From: Nitrospinales bacterium
Lineage (GTDB): Bacteria > Nitrospinota > Nitrospinia > Nitrospinales > VA-1
Length of the DNA stretch: 64,000 nucleotides
Reading direction: 5' to 3'
NCBI GenBank assembly: GCA_965223795.1
Contig: CBDCXL010000002.1
Location: forward strand, 2,944,001-3,008,000
Positions within the stretch are counted from its first letter, which is position 1. Each line of letters starts with the position of its first letter. Positions 46,258 to 56,097 of the stretch are shown here, one piece after another. A model generated the notes under the pieces. That model ran no database searches, had not been told where the DNA came from, and saw only the letters and a list, made by a program, of their open reading frames with translations. The position numbers and the translations under genes are program-made.

Positions 46258-47079
46258 TCAGCCTGGCTTTGTTGCTTTGAAGGCGATGGCCTGCAGCGGA
46301 ATTTTCAGCGGGCGCGGACCGAATTCGTCTTCGATGGCTTGAGCGACGGCTTTCGTGACCTCGCTTGCTTTCGCAATCGCCCGTTCGTTGATCTCGATGA
46401 TACCGGGATTGCCTTCCACCAATCCCCTGGCGACATGAACGGGGTCCAGTCCCTCTATCGTTTCAGACACGATATCAAACTCGATATTGTTGAACCCCGC
46501 CTGGGCCAGCAGATTTTTTATGGGATCGATATCATAAAAACCGAAGGGGGTTTTCAAAAACTTCGGCGGTTCGTCGTCAAAAAATCCGGAGATCGTTTCG
46601 TGAGCGATCGCAACGCATTTATTCTGTTCGAATGAATCCCATACATTGAACGCCAGCCGCCCACCGGGCTTGAGGACCCGGCTCATTTCGGTCAACGCTT
46701 TCAGCTTGTCGGGAAAGAACATGATGCCGAACTGGCACAACACCAGGTCGAATTCTAAATCCTCGAACGGCAGCGCCATCGCATCCGCGATCTCAAACGT
46801 GACCCCCGGTAAATGCCCCTGCTTTTTTTGGGCGTGTTCGATCATGGCGCCGTTGAGATCGGTTGCCAGGATCACCGCCGTTTCGGGCGACGCCTTGCGG
46901 AAATGGTTTGTGGCGATACCGGTGCCGCAGGCCACTTCGAGTATTTTGCTGTGGGAAGCGATGTGGTCCCGAACTCGTGAAGCCAGATCCTTCGCCGTGA
47001 ACTCGAACAGCAAGGGGCCGAGATACGTGTCGTAGATTTCCGGAATCGTTCCTGTGAATTGTGAGTGGGACTGACTCAT
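46258..47079 (-). CDS. Class I SAM-dependent methyltransferase (UbiE-like)
   Basis: LEVACGTG, DAMALPF, CQFGIMFFPD, RVLKPGG. Confidence 0.9.
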   Translation of the reverse strand: MSQSHSQFTGTIPEIYDTYLGPLLFEFTAKDLASRVRDHIASHSKILEVACGTGIATNHFRKASPETAVILATDLNGAMIEHAQKKQGHLPGVTFEIADAMALPFEDLEFDLVLCQFGIMFFPDKLKALTEMSRVLKPGGRLAFNVWDSFEQNKCVAIAHETISGFFDDEPPKFLKTPFGFYDIDPIKNLLAQAGFNNIEFDIVSETIEGLDPVHVARGLVEGNPGIIEINERAIAKASEVTKAVAQAIEDEFGPRPLKIPLQAIAFKATKPG

Positions 47080-47224
47080 GACTTTCAATGGCAGTTGCAG
47101 ATTCTGCAACCGCAACGGCTCCTGCGTGGTTGTGACCGGGAGTGGAAATACTACACCAAAATCCGCACCGGTGCAAAACCGACGCGGATGACGGCCTGCT
47201 GCATTTTCTCATTCCGTCCCCCCT

Positions 47225-47482
47225 TCATTCCTTGATCAATAAATCCAGTTTCTTGCGCAGGGTCACGGGGTGGACTTTGTAGACGAACGTGTCCTCGCCG
47301 TTGATGCGCAGGACGGGGATCTTTTCCTTGTAGGCCGCGAACAGTCCGGCGTCGGTGGTGATGTCGGTCAGGGTGAGGTCCGCCGGGTAGGCGGGCAGGA
47401 CCTGACGCACGACGTCTTTGGCGTGGTCGCAGAGGGGGCAGTCGTCTTTGGTCAGGATTTCAAGCTGGATGCGGCCGGCCAT
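47225..47482 (-). CDS. Glutaredoxin-like protein (DUF836)
   Basis: CPLC, IPVL. Confidence 0.85.
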   Translation of the reverse strand: MAGRIQLEILTKDDCPLCDHAKDVVRQVLPAYPADLTLTDITTDAGLFAAYKEKIPVLRINGEDTFVYKVHPVTLRKKLDLLIKE

Positions 47483-47486
47483 GCGG

Positions 47487-48500
47487 CTACATGGTGTGGG
47501 TCATGGTGGTGACTTTGCCCCAGATGATGAGCCCGACCATCAGCACCACCATGAAGATCACGAACGCGGTGGCGATGGGGCGTTTCTGCCAGCGGCGTTC
47601 CTCGCTGCGGTCGATGAAGGGAATGATCACCAGGATGCCGACCAGCGCAAGCGGCGCCACCACGAGAAACGGCACCCACAGGTTTTCCAGCGCGTACAGC
47701 CACACGAACTGCCACGGCGGCTTGGTGACTTCCAGCCCCGGTATCGGCTTGTCTCCAAGCGGCGGCGCGATGAGCAGCGCCAGGATGCAGATGAGCAGAA
47801 ACACGCCGGCTCCGCCGCGTCTCAGGTACGCCATGTGCTGGGTGAACTTGATGGTCCGGCCGCCTTCGGGTTTGTCCGGCAGCGGCGAGAGCTTGTGGTA
47901 CTTGATGTAGAACATGTGCAGGCCCAGCAGCATCACGGTGATGAGCGGCAGCAGCGAGATGTGCGCCATGTAGATGCGCGAGAGCAGCGGCACGCCCTGG
48001 GCGAATTTTTCGGTGAACGGCGCGCCGAAAATGCCCATGCCCTCGACCACCCAGAGGAAGTGGTCCAGCGCTTCGTAGGCTTCCTGGTCCCACTTGAGCA
48101 CGGTGCCGGTGAACAGCAGGTTCACCATCATCAGCAGCAGCGCGACGCCGATGAGCCAGTTGACCTCACGCGGTTTTTTGTAGGCGGCGGTCCAGAACAC
48201 GCGCAGCATGTGCAGGACGAGCGTCACGGTGAGCACCTCCGCCGCCCAGAAATGGATGCCGCGCACAAACCAGCCCAGGTAGATCTGATCGTTCAGGTAG
48301 TGCAGGCTCTGGTTGGCGCGCTCGGGGTCGGGGATGTAAAACTGCGCCAGCAGGATGCCGCTCAGCACCAGGATGGTGAAGGCGGAGGCGGTCATGCCGC
48401 CGAGGGAATACGGGATCGTGTTGGCGTGCTCCTCGATGTCGTATTCGAGCAGTTGCAGGCCGAGGCGTTCCTTGATGATCTGCGTGATGCCGTTCGCCAT
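47487..48500 (-). CDS. Cytochrome b/b6 family protein
   Basis: YSLGG, RGIH-x13-[10 protein letters not shown]-x14-H, KPPWQF at the PEWY position. Confidence 0.9.
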   Translation of the reverse strand: MANGITQIIKERLGLQLLEYDIEEHANTIPYSLGGMTASAFTILVLSGILLAQFYIPDPERANQSLHYLNDQIYLGWFVRGIHFWAAEVLTVTLVLHMLRVFWTAAYKKPREVNWLIGVALLLMMVNLLFTGTVLKWDQEAYEALDHFLWVVEGMGIFGAPFTEKFAQGVPLLSRIYMAHISLLPLITVMLLGLHMFYIKYHKLSPLPDKPEGGRTIKFTQHMAYLRRGGAGVFLLICILALLIAPPLGDKPIPGLEVTKPPWQFVWLYALENLWVPFLVVAPLALVGILVIIPFIDRSEERRWQKRPIATAFVIFMVVLMVGLIIWGKVTTMTHTM

Positions 48501-48562
48501 CGCTGTATGGGGTGACCCGGCTCGCCGGGTGATGGATCAGGTTCAATCCCGGAGACCGGGAA

Positions 48563-49021
48563 TCATTCGTTGGGCCGTTTGAAGCTCAGAAATCCGAACA
48601 GCAGTCCGGACAGCACCGTGATCGCCGCCGCCACGCCGTAGCCCTTGGAAGCGGGGGAAACCATCTCGTGCTCGGCGAGCTCGACTTCCGGCATGTTGTG
48701 ATCCGCGTGCCCGCCGCCGCTGTGATCGTCGTGCTGCATCAACTCCATGTCCATCGCCGGCGCTTCGCCGCCCAGAAGATCCTGCCCGGAAAAAAGATCC
48801 GGGCTGTCCATCGCTTCGCCTTCGGCGTCCGCGGCATAGATCGAATCGGCTGCCGGGCCTGCGTCTTCTTCTCCTGCAGCGTAGATGGAATCCATCGCCG
48901 CGGGCGCTTCCGCTTCCACGGCCGCGGCCTCTTCCTCCTCGTGCTGGTGGCCGCCGTGCGCGAAAGCCTGCGCGGCGGTGAAAAACAACGCGATTGCCAG
49001 AGCCAGAGTGCAGGGTTTCAT
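48563..49021 (-). CDS. His/Met/acidic-rich exported protein with C-terminal membrane anchor
   Basis: AFA|HGGHQH, DSIYAA x2, HDDHSGGGHADH, C-terminal TM followed by KRP. Confidence 0.75.
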   Translation of the reverse strand: MKPCTLALAIALFFTAAQAFAHGGHQHEEEEAAAVEAEAPAAMDSIYAAGEEDAGPAADSIYAADAEGEAMDSPDLFSGQDLLGGEAPAMDMELMQHDDHSGGGHADHNMPEVELAEHEMVSPASKGYGVAAAITVLSGLLFGFLSFKRPNE

Positions 49022-49022
49022 A

Positions 49023-49586
49023 TCAGCTCTCCAGGACGATCCGCGCGAACGCTTCCATCATCTCGTCGGTGGCCCAGTCGTCCGGACCGATCTTCTTGTA
49101 GATGATGAGCCCGTCGCGGTTGACGATGAAAGTTTCGGGAACGCCGGTGGTTTTGTAGCGCTGCTTGGCGATTTCGCTTTCCGGGTCCAGCAGCACCGGG
49201 AAGGTCAGGTTGTATTTGTCCATGAACGGCTGGATCAGCGATGGGTCCTTGTCGATGCTGATGGTCAGCATCTCGAAGCCGTCATCTTTGTAGCGCTGGT
49301 AGAGTTTTTCCATCGAGGGCATCTCCACCTCGCAGGTGCCGCACCAGGTGGCCCAGAAATTGATGAACACCACCTTGCCGCGGTAGTCCAGCAGGTTCAC
49401 CTTGCCGCCGGTGAGCGATTCCAGCTCGAAATTGGGCGCGAGAAAGGACACCGAGGGGTATTCCGTCTTGCCCGGTTCCAGCGGCTGCTTGTTCAGCGTG
49501 ATGATGAAGATGGACAGCAGCGCCGTCACGAGAAAGGCGTAAGGGATGTAGATGCCGACGGGTTTCTGTTCGATTGCGTTTTCCAT
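49023..49586 (-). CDS. TlpA/ResA-like thiol-disulfide reductase
   Basis: NFWATWCGTC, GVPET, N-terminal TM. Confidence 0.92.
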   Translation of the reverse strand: MENAIEQKPVGIYIPYAFLVTALLSIFIITLNKQPLEPGKTEYPSVSFLAPNFELESLTGGKVNLLDYRGKVVFINFWATWCGTCEVEMPSMEKLYQRYKDDGFEMLTISIDKDPSLIQPFMDKYNLTFPVLLDPESEIAKQRYKTTGVPETFIVNRDGLIIYKKIGPDDWATDEMMEAFARIVLES

Positions 49587-49593
49587 GGTTCTA

Positions 49594-50076
49594 TTATAAC
49601 GCCTTATGCTTTTTGTAGGGGCGGTAGAATTTCTTGTCGATGGCGATCACGATGTCGTCGAGCGTGTAGCCCTGTTTGTACAGCTCGTAGGCATACAGCA
49701 CCTCGTTGATGCAGATGTCGCACTTGGCGCCGTGCCTATTGGTGAAGCAGGTCAGCAGCGTCTTGTGCCCGTGCTCCTTCTTGCAGTAGCAATAGCAGAA
49801 CTGGCTGTCGATGACCTTGGGGATCTCCGCCGCGATGCGGTAGGCCTGCGCCACCTTGCCGGTGAACAGCGCGTCCGAGAGCACTGGCCGCGTTTCGATG
49901 AGCGTTCCCGTCGCGGGCGCCACCGGCTGCACGTCTGCGGGCGGCTTGGTGGCCACGTACACCCCGCCCAGGGCGATGACCACGGCCAGAGCCAGGCCGA
50001 TGAGCTTCGCCTTGCCTTTGGATTGCGCTTTCGGGGCGGAGGATTTGGGTTTGTTGCGGGATTTTTTCTTTCCCAT
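49594..50076 (-). CDS. CYCxC/PCYCGC-type Cys-rich membrane-anchored protein
   Basis: FCYCYC...GHKTLLTCF...HGAKCDIC. Confidence 0.8.
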   Translation of the reverse strand: MGKKKSRNKPKSSAPKAQSKGKAKLIGLALAVVIALGGVYVATKPPADVQPVAPATGTLIETRPVLSDALFTGKVAQAYRIAAEIPKVIDSQFCYCYCKKEHGHKTLLTCFTNRHGAKCDICINEVLYAYELYKQGYTLDDIVIAIDKKFYRPYKKHKAL

Positions 50077-50255
50077 GGGAATTTCAGTGGTTTTGACCGC
50101 ACGCGGTGTGGGAAACGTTCATGAATCTAACATTATAAGAATTGCCCGGACGGGATTCAAGGGGTTTGGGCTTTGGCGGGTAAGATAGATGCACAGTAAA
50201 TGACCAGTTATTCAACGGCACTCCCTGCGTCCCGGCTGGATGCGGTTGCTGCGGT

Positions 50256-51755
50256 TCAATAGCTGAGGATTTCTCCAGAAGGGGAAATGGTGAGACCGCC
50301 CTTGTATCCGGATTTTGATAAACCTTTCTTGATGTCGTTCAGATCCCACTTCAAAACGGGATTGCCCAAATATCCATTCAGAACCATGTTTTGATCGGGG
50401 AAAACCAGCCATGACGAATAAACGAAGCGATCGACTCTTATTTCAAAGTGAACAATGTCTTCAGAATAAGGTCTGTTAAGTGGAGGCCAGCCGTAGTCCG
50501 CACGTTTCTCAAATTTCTTCAGAAAATAATTCTGATACCAAGATTCACTCACGGATCTCCCTCTTTTAAAACTTATGGAATACTCGTAATCGGGGTATTC
50601 ATCCATGAAATTTTTCAACCAGGGGATCGAAGTCATCCGATCAATGTATGAATTTACTTTTTCGATCGTATACCCGGTGAGATCCAGTTTTCCTTTATGG
50701 ATCGGAGCGCTCCAATTGACAAAGATGTTTTTGGGCCCAGCTTTGGGTAAGAGTGTCGCATCCCAATCTTCGTTTTCTGTTTTACCGCAGCACTCGGAAT
50801 CGGTTATTAGACTGTTGAGGATCGTGAAATGCTCCGAGACAGGAGAAATCTGATCGCCCAGAGCTTTCAGTTTCTTTTCATGAAAGATATACATGCTCAT
50901 ATCTGATAGGGCATCTTCCCAAACGTCATGGTAGAAAAAATCTTTTTTCGCTTTTGCAATCTTCTCGAAAGCGGGGCAGCGGGGAGGCAGGATTTTATTG
51001 ATGGCCTTGGTAATTCGGAGATCATAGGATTTTATAGTTTGCGACTCCGTTTCGATTTGCCAGGGGACCATGTAAGTGTGCTGTGCTTTGGAATTTATTT
51101 TTAAAGTCTTTCCATCATTAAAATGCACTGTCAGCTTGATGATCGGATGATCGTCCGTCCATTTCCCTGAATAATACAGGTGTATGTGTTTCTGTTTTAT
51201 CAATTCCGGCACCAGTTCTTTTTTCTTGATCTCAATGTCCGGAAACTCATCCGGTTTAAAATCCTTCAGCTTTTTCTCCAACGCCTCTATGGCGTTTTCT
51301 CTCAACCATTCTTGAGTCAATCCAAACTGAGCGATATCGAGTTTTGGAATCGGCTCCGCTCGAATGATTTGCAGTAAATGCTCGATCTTTTCCGCATCAA
51401 CCGGCATGTTTTCGGTGATCTGTTTGTGATTGGTCACAAAATGAATCAATTCTTTGTCCGTGATCCCCTCAAACGGGGTGGGGACCAAGCCTCTTCGTTG
51501 CAGTTCCTCGACATTCCAACTCATGTCGAATTGAACCAATTTCCCCTGGTAGTTTTTTTCCTTTCGATTGATTTCAAAATTACAGTCACCTTGGAAACCA
51601 CCGATATCCCCATGAGTGGAAAAGATATGGATCGACTCCACCTCAGCCGCGGAGGCCGGGGTATTGACTGACGATAGAATCAGGGCAGCTATAAGAGCGG
51701 TAAGGAGGTACGCGGGCTGGGAATGGGTTTTTGGCTGCTTTTGCAACGGGCACAT
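50256..51755 (-). CDS. Hypothetical exported protein, AT-rich
   Basis: 499-aa ORF with signal-like N-terminus; visibly lower GC than its neighbours. Confidence 0.7.
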   Translation of the reverse strand: MCPLQKQPKTHSQPAYLLTALIAALILSSVNTPASAAEVESIHIFSTHGDIGGFQGDCNFEINRKEKNYQGKLVQFDMSWNVEELQRRGLVPTPFEGITDKELIHFVTNHKQITENMPVDAEKIEHLLQIIRAEPIPKLDIAQFGLTQEWLRENAIEALEKKLKDFKPDEFPDIEIKKKELVPELIKQKHIHLYYSGKWTDDHPIIKLTVHFNDGKTLKINSKAQHTYMVPWQIETESQTIKSYDLRITKAINKILPPRCPAFEKIAKAKKDFFYHDVWEDALSDMSMYIFHEKKLKALGDQISPVSEHFTILNSLITDSECCGKTENEDWDATLLPKAGPKNIFVNWSAPIHKGKLDLTGYTIEKVNSYIDRMTSIPWLKNFMDEYPDYEYSISFKRGRSVSESWYQNYFLKKFEKRADYGWPPLNRPYSEDIVHFEIRVDRFVYSSWLVFPDQNMVLNGYLGNPVLKWDLNDIKKGLSKSGYKGGLTISPSGEILSY

Positions 51756-51916
51756 GGCGGTTTTGTCACCTTTCGGATCTGTGGGCGGGGAGCGGTTTCA
51801 GTGACTCATTCCAGTATAAGCCAAGAAGATGGGCCTGCCAGTGCCCGAAAAGGGGGGTGATTTCGGAACGCGGGGAATTACAGTGCTTTCAAAGTCACCC
51901 AGAGGGCACTCTATTT

Positions 51917-51957
51917 GTCATGCTGAGCCTGTCGTCCTTCGACAAGCTCAGGATGAC
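51917..51957. repeat. Palindromic REP-like element, copy 2 (shortened)
   Basis: GTCATGCTGAGCCTGTCG-TCCT-TCGACAAGCTCAGGATGAC. Confidence 0.8.
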
Positions 51958-52014
51958 AGGCGGATGTGTGGTTTATCCAACGGCCGTTTTGAAGGCGTTC
52001 CATAAGAGGAGGGC

Positions 52015-52692
52015 TCAGCGGATCACCAGGTACCATTTGCTTAAGGTTCGCGGCGAAAACCCCAAAAGGAACAGGCCGGCGATGACGGAATTGCGCAGGG
52101 TGGTGAACCACACGCCTTCGGTGAGCCAGCGGCGCGGCGAGGTGCGGGCCTTCTCCTTGAGCACGACGGTGGGGCCCTTTTTTTTGAGGCGCTTGTAAAA
52201 GTCCAGGTCCTCGCAGATGGGCAGCGAGCGGAAGCCGTCCAGCTCTTTGAAGGCGCTGGACTTGACGAAGATGGCCTGGTCGCCGTAGACGAGGTTCAGG
52301 TAGCGGGAGCGCAGGGTGGCGAGCCGGGCGATGAGCCGGAGCGACATCTTCTCGGATGCGATGGCCAGGCTGAAGGCGCCGCCGACGCGCCCGTTTTCCG
52401 CCATGACGGCGACCATCTTGCGGTAGCTGTCGCGGTCCACCTCGCTGTCGGCGTGCAGGAACAGCAGCAGGTCGCCGGTCGCCGCCTGGGCTCCGGCGTT
52501 CATCTGCCGGGCCCGCCCGGGCGGGCTTTCGACGATTTTCGTGGCGTAGGATTCGGCGATGGCGCGGGTCCCGTCCTCGCTGCCGCCGTCGGCCACGATG
52601 ATTTCGTGCGGCCGGTGCCGCTGGACGGCGCTGAGCGTTCGTTGTAAGACTGTGGATTCGTTGAGCGTGGGGATGACGACCGAGACGTTCAC
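52015..52692 (-). CDS. GT2 glycosyltransferase (TIGR04283-like)
   Basis: SVVIPTLNE, GRARQMNAGA, FLHAD, YGDQAIF, CEDLD, TSPRRW. Confidence 0.88.
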   Translation of the reverse strand: MNVSVVIPTLNESTVLQRTLSAVQRHRPHEIIVADGGSEDGTRAIAESYATKIVESPPGRARQMNAGAQAATGDLLLFLHADSEVDRDSYRKMVAVMAENGRVGGAFSLAIASEKMSLRLIARLATLRSRYLNLVYGDQAIFVKSSAFKELDGFRSLPICEDLDFYKRLKKKGPTVVLKEKARTSPRRWLTEGVWFTTLRNSVIAGLFLLGFSPRTLSKWYLVIR

Positions 52693-53017
52693 TAATTTGA
52701 GATCCTCAAAAGGGAAAAAGCTCCGTCCAGGCGAAAGAAAAGCGGTATTTTTTGCGCTGCGATCGTGAAAGCGGGCTCAGTTAATCATAAAAGCCGCGAC
52801 TTTGCAACGGCGTTCGCAATTTCAAATCAAGGGGAAACGCACCCTCTGCCAGGACTGAAAATGTGGCGGGTTCGGAGCGGGGAATTCCGTTTGACTTCGA
52901 TCGTCCTGATGCGAAAGCCTTTAAGGTGGATTTGAAAAATAAATGATTTACAATAGAAGGCATTAGGGATATACACGGGAAAACCGTTGATGGCGGGTCC
53001 CCTTTTTCTTTAGAGCG

Positions 53018-53800
53018 ATGCTGGCCCACTTTATCGATTCCAAGAAATTTCAATGCGGTTATTTCAAGGATCGCGAGTCGCTGTTCGAGGAATACCTGCT
53101 GGAAGACGTTTCCGAGGTGGAATTCGAATACCTGCTGGCGCACGGCATGCGTCATTTCGGCGATTATTTTTTCCGGCCCCGCTGTCAGGACTGCTTCCAG
53201 TGCATCCCCATCCGCGTCCGGACGGACGATTTTCACATCACACGCAGCCAGAGACGGGCGCTCAAAGCCTGCAAGGGCATCAAAATCAAGGTGGGAGCGC
53301 CCAAATACACGGACCGCAAATTCAAGCTCTACCTGGAGCACAAAAAGCGGTTCCAGTCCCTGCAGGACGACGTCGAGGACGAGCAGAACTTCCGCCTGTC
53401 CTTTTACGTCAACACGCCGTACGGGATCGAGTTCGAGTATTACTGGGGTGACACGCTGATCGGCGTTGCCCTGGGCGATTTCACCAGCAACACGTTTTCC
53501 GCCATTTACACGTTTTACGTGGCGCCGCATCCCAAGATGAGCCTGGGAACCTTCAGCATCTTAAAGCAGCTTGAGTTTTCCAAACGGCAGGGAATCAAGT
53601 ATTTCTATCTGGGGTACTACATCGCCAACAACCAGTCGCTGATGTACAAGGCGAGCTTCCGTCCCAACGAAGTGTACATCGACCGCGAATGGCGGCCCTT
53701 CCGCAACACCCAGGGCGATTTCCTGATCCACAAGGACAAGCTGAAGTGGAGGAATCAGGAATTCCTCGTCAAGGCGGCCGCTCCCATGGAGCTGGCCTGA
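53018..53800 (+). CDS. bpt: Bacterial Arg/Leu protein transferase (Ate1/Bpt family)
   Basis: CGY, G.RHFG..FRPRCQDC..CIPIR, SAIYTFY, SLGTF, YLGYYI, YKASFRP. Confidence 0.85.
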   Translation: MLAHFIDSKKFQCGYFKDRESLFEEYLLEDVSEVEFEYLLAHGMRHFGDYFFRPRCQDCFQCIPIRVRTDDFHITRSQRRALKACKGIKIKVGAPKYTDRKFKLYLEHKKRFQSLQDDVEDEQNFRLSFYVNTPYGIEFEYYWGDTLIGVALGDFTSNTFSAIYTFYVAPHPKMSLGTFSILKQLEFSKRQGIKYFYLGYYIANNQSLMYKASFRPNEVYIDREWRPFRNTQGDFLIHKDKLKWRNQEFLVKAAAPMELA

Positions 53801-53807
53801 CCCGCCG

Positions 53808-53921
53808 CTAAATCACATCGAAGAACACCAGAAAGATCCAGATCACCAGGCAGATGTTGAAGATCACGCCGATGTGGAAGATCCAGTTGAACAGCTTGTT
53901 GTAGGTGAATTTGTAGTCCAT
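53808..53921 (-). CDS. 37-aa small membrane protein (not in the ORF track)
   Basis: ATG..TAG encoding MDYKFTYNKLFNWIFHIGVIFNICLVIWIFLVFFDVI; host-like C/G-ending codons; fills the gap exactly. Confidence 0.7.
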   Translation of the reverse strand: MDYKFTYNKLFNWIFHIGVIFNICLVIWIFLVFFDVI

Positions 53922-53946
53922 CGTCTTTCGTCGGGTGCGGGTGGGC

Positions 53947-54759
53947 TCAGTCCATCACCAGGGTTTTCAGCCGTTTCGCCAGGCCGGAGCCGCGGATGAT
54001 TTTACGCACCGGCCGGTCGATGAGATTGAGGCTCATGTAGAGCCGTTCCAGTTTGCTGAAGGTTTCCGAATTGGCGATGGCCTGGCCGCCGGCGTCGCGG
54101 ATTTCGTTCCGCCAGATGCTGAGCACCTTGAGGTTCGTCAGGTGCGGCGAGCTGGCCAGAGCGATGGCGCCTTCGTTGCCGATCCGGTTGGAACACAGAT
54201 ACAATTTCACAAGCGGCGCGAGGCGTTCCGCATTCGCCAGCGCCACGGCGCCCGCATCGCCCATGCCGGTGCTGTCCAGGTGCAGCGCGGTCATTGCCGG
54301 AAAGGCGCTGGATGCGGCGATGGCTTCGGTGCCTTCGGCGCCGATGGGGTTGCTGTCGAGATACAGGATTTCCAGTTCCGGGAAATTTTTCGAATCCGCC
54401 AGGTGTTTCGCGCCTTCAGGGCCGATGTTGTTGGCTTCCAGCATGAGGCATTTGAGCCCGCGCATGCTTTCGGACTCGGCCAGCAGGGCCGCCTCATCGT
54501 CACCCAGGTTGTTGTGGTTCAAGTACAGCTTCTTCAGGTTGGGAAACGCCCTGAGTCCGGTGAGGGCCGCGACGGCGTCGCCGGACAAGTGGTTGTGGCT
54601 TAGATACAACTGCTCGACCGATGCCAGACCCTCCATGTCGTCGATGAATTTCAATTCCTCAACGCCGATGTCCCGATCGTCCAGATCGAGCAGCGTTTTG
54701 TCCGCGTTCAGGCGCGAGCGGATGCGTGATTCCAGTTCCGATTTTGCGACTTTTTCCAA
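53947..54759 (-). CDS. Leucine-rich repeat protein (ribonuclease-inhibitor-like, 28-aa repeats)
   Basis: Repeated LxxLxLxxNxIGxxGAxALA. Confidence 0.9.
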   Translation of the reverse strand: MEKVAKSELESRIRSRLNADKTLLDLDDRDIGVEELKFIDDMEGLASVEQLYLSHNHLSGDAVAALTGLRAFPNLKKLYLNHNNLGDDEAALLAESESMRGLKCLMLEANNIGPEGAKHLADSKNFPELEILYLDSNPIGAEGTEAIAASSAFPAMTALHLDSTGMGDAGAVALANAERLAPLVKLYLCSNRIGNEGAIALASSPHLTNLKVLSIWRNEIRDAGGQAIANSETFSKLERLYMSLNLIDRPVRKIIRGSGLAKRLKTLVMD

Positions 54760-54979
54760 CTGTGGGTTCCAGATATAATTTGCAAGACGGCAGCGGCATC
54801 AATCTATAAGATTATACCTGAAAGATCAAACCCGCTTAAGTCCGCGCGATAAAAATTCAGGTGAGGACGGCGGCGAATTTCGGTATAAATGATACCGTCC
54901 ACACCGGGTCGTTCCGGTGCCCGGAATACCTTCCCAAAGCGGCGCAATCCACCTGTTAAAGCGGAATCGAGGCGTATCC

Positions 54980-56092
<1,113 letters not shown>

Positions 56093-56097
56093 AACCG

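Noticed and set aside
49594..50076. Selenoprotein in the CYCxC family
   Set aside because: The ORF is uninterrupted with Cys codons; no in-frame TGA.
52015..52692. Arsenosugar biosynthesis cluster
   Set aside because: Only the GT2 is present; no ArsS radical SAM or ArsM neighbour, and the 46-kb methyltransferase lacks ArsM-type Cys motifs.
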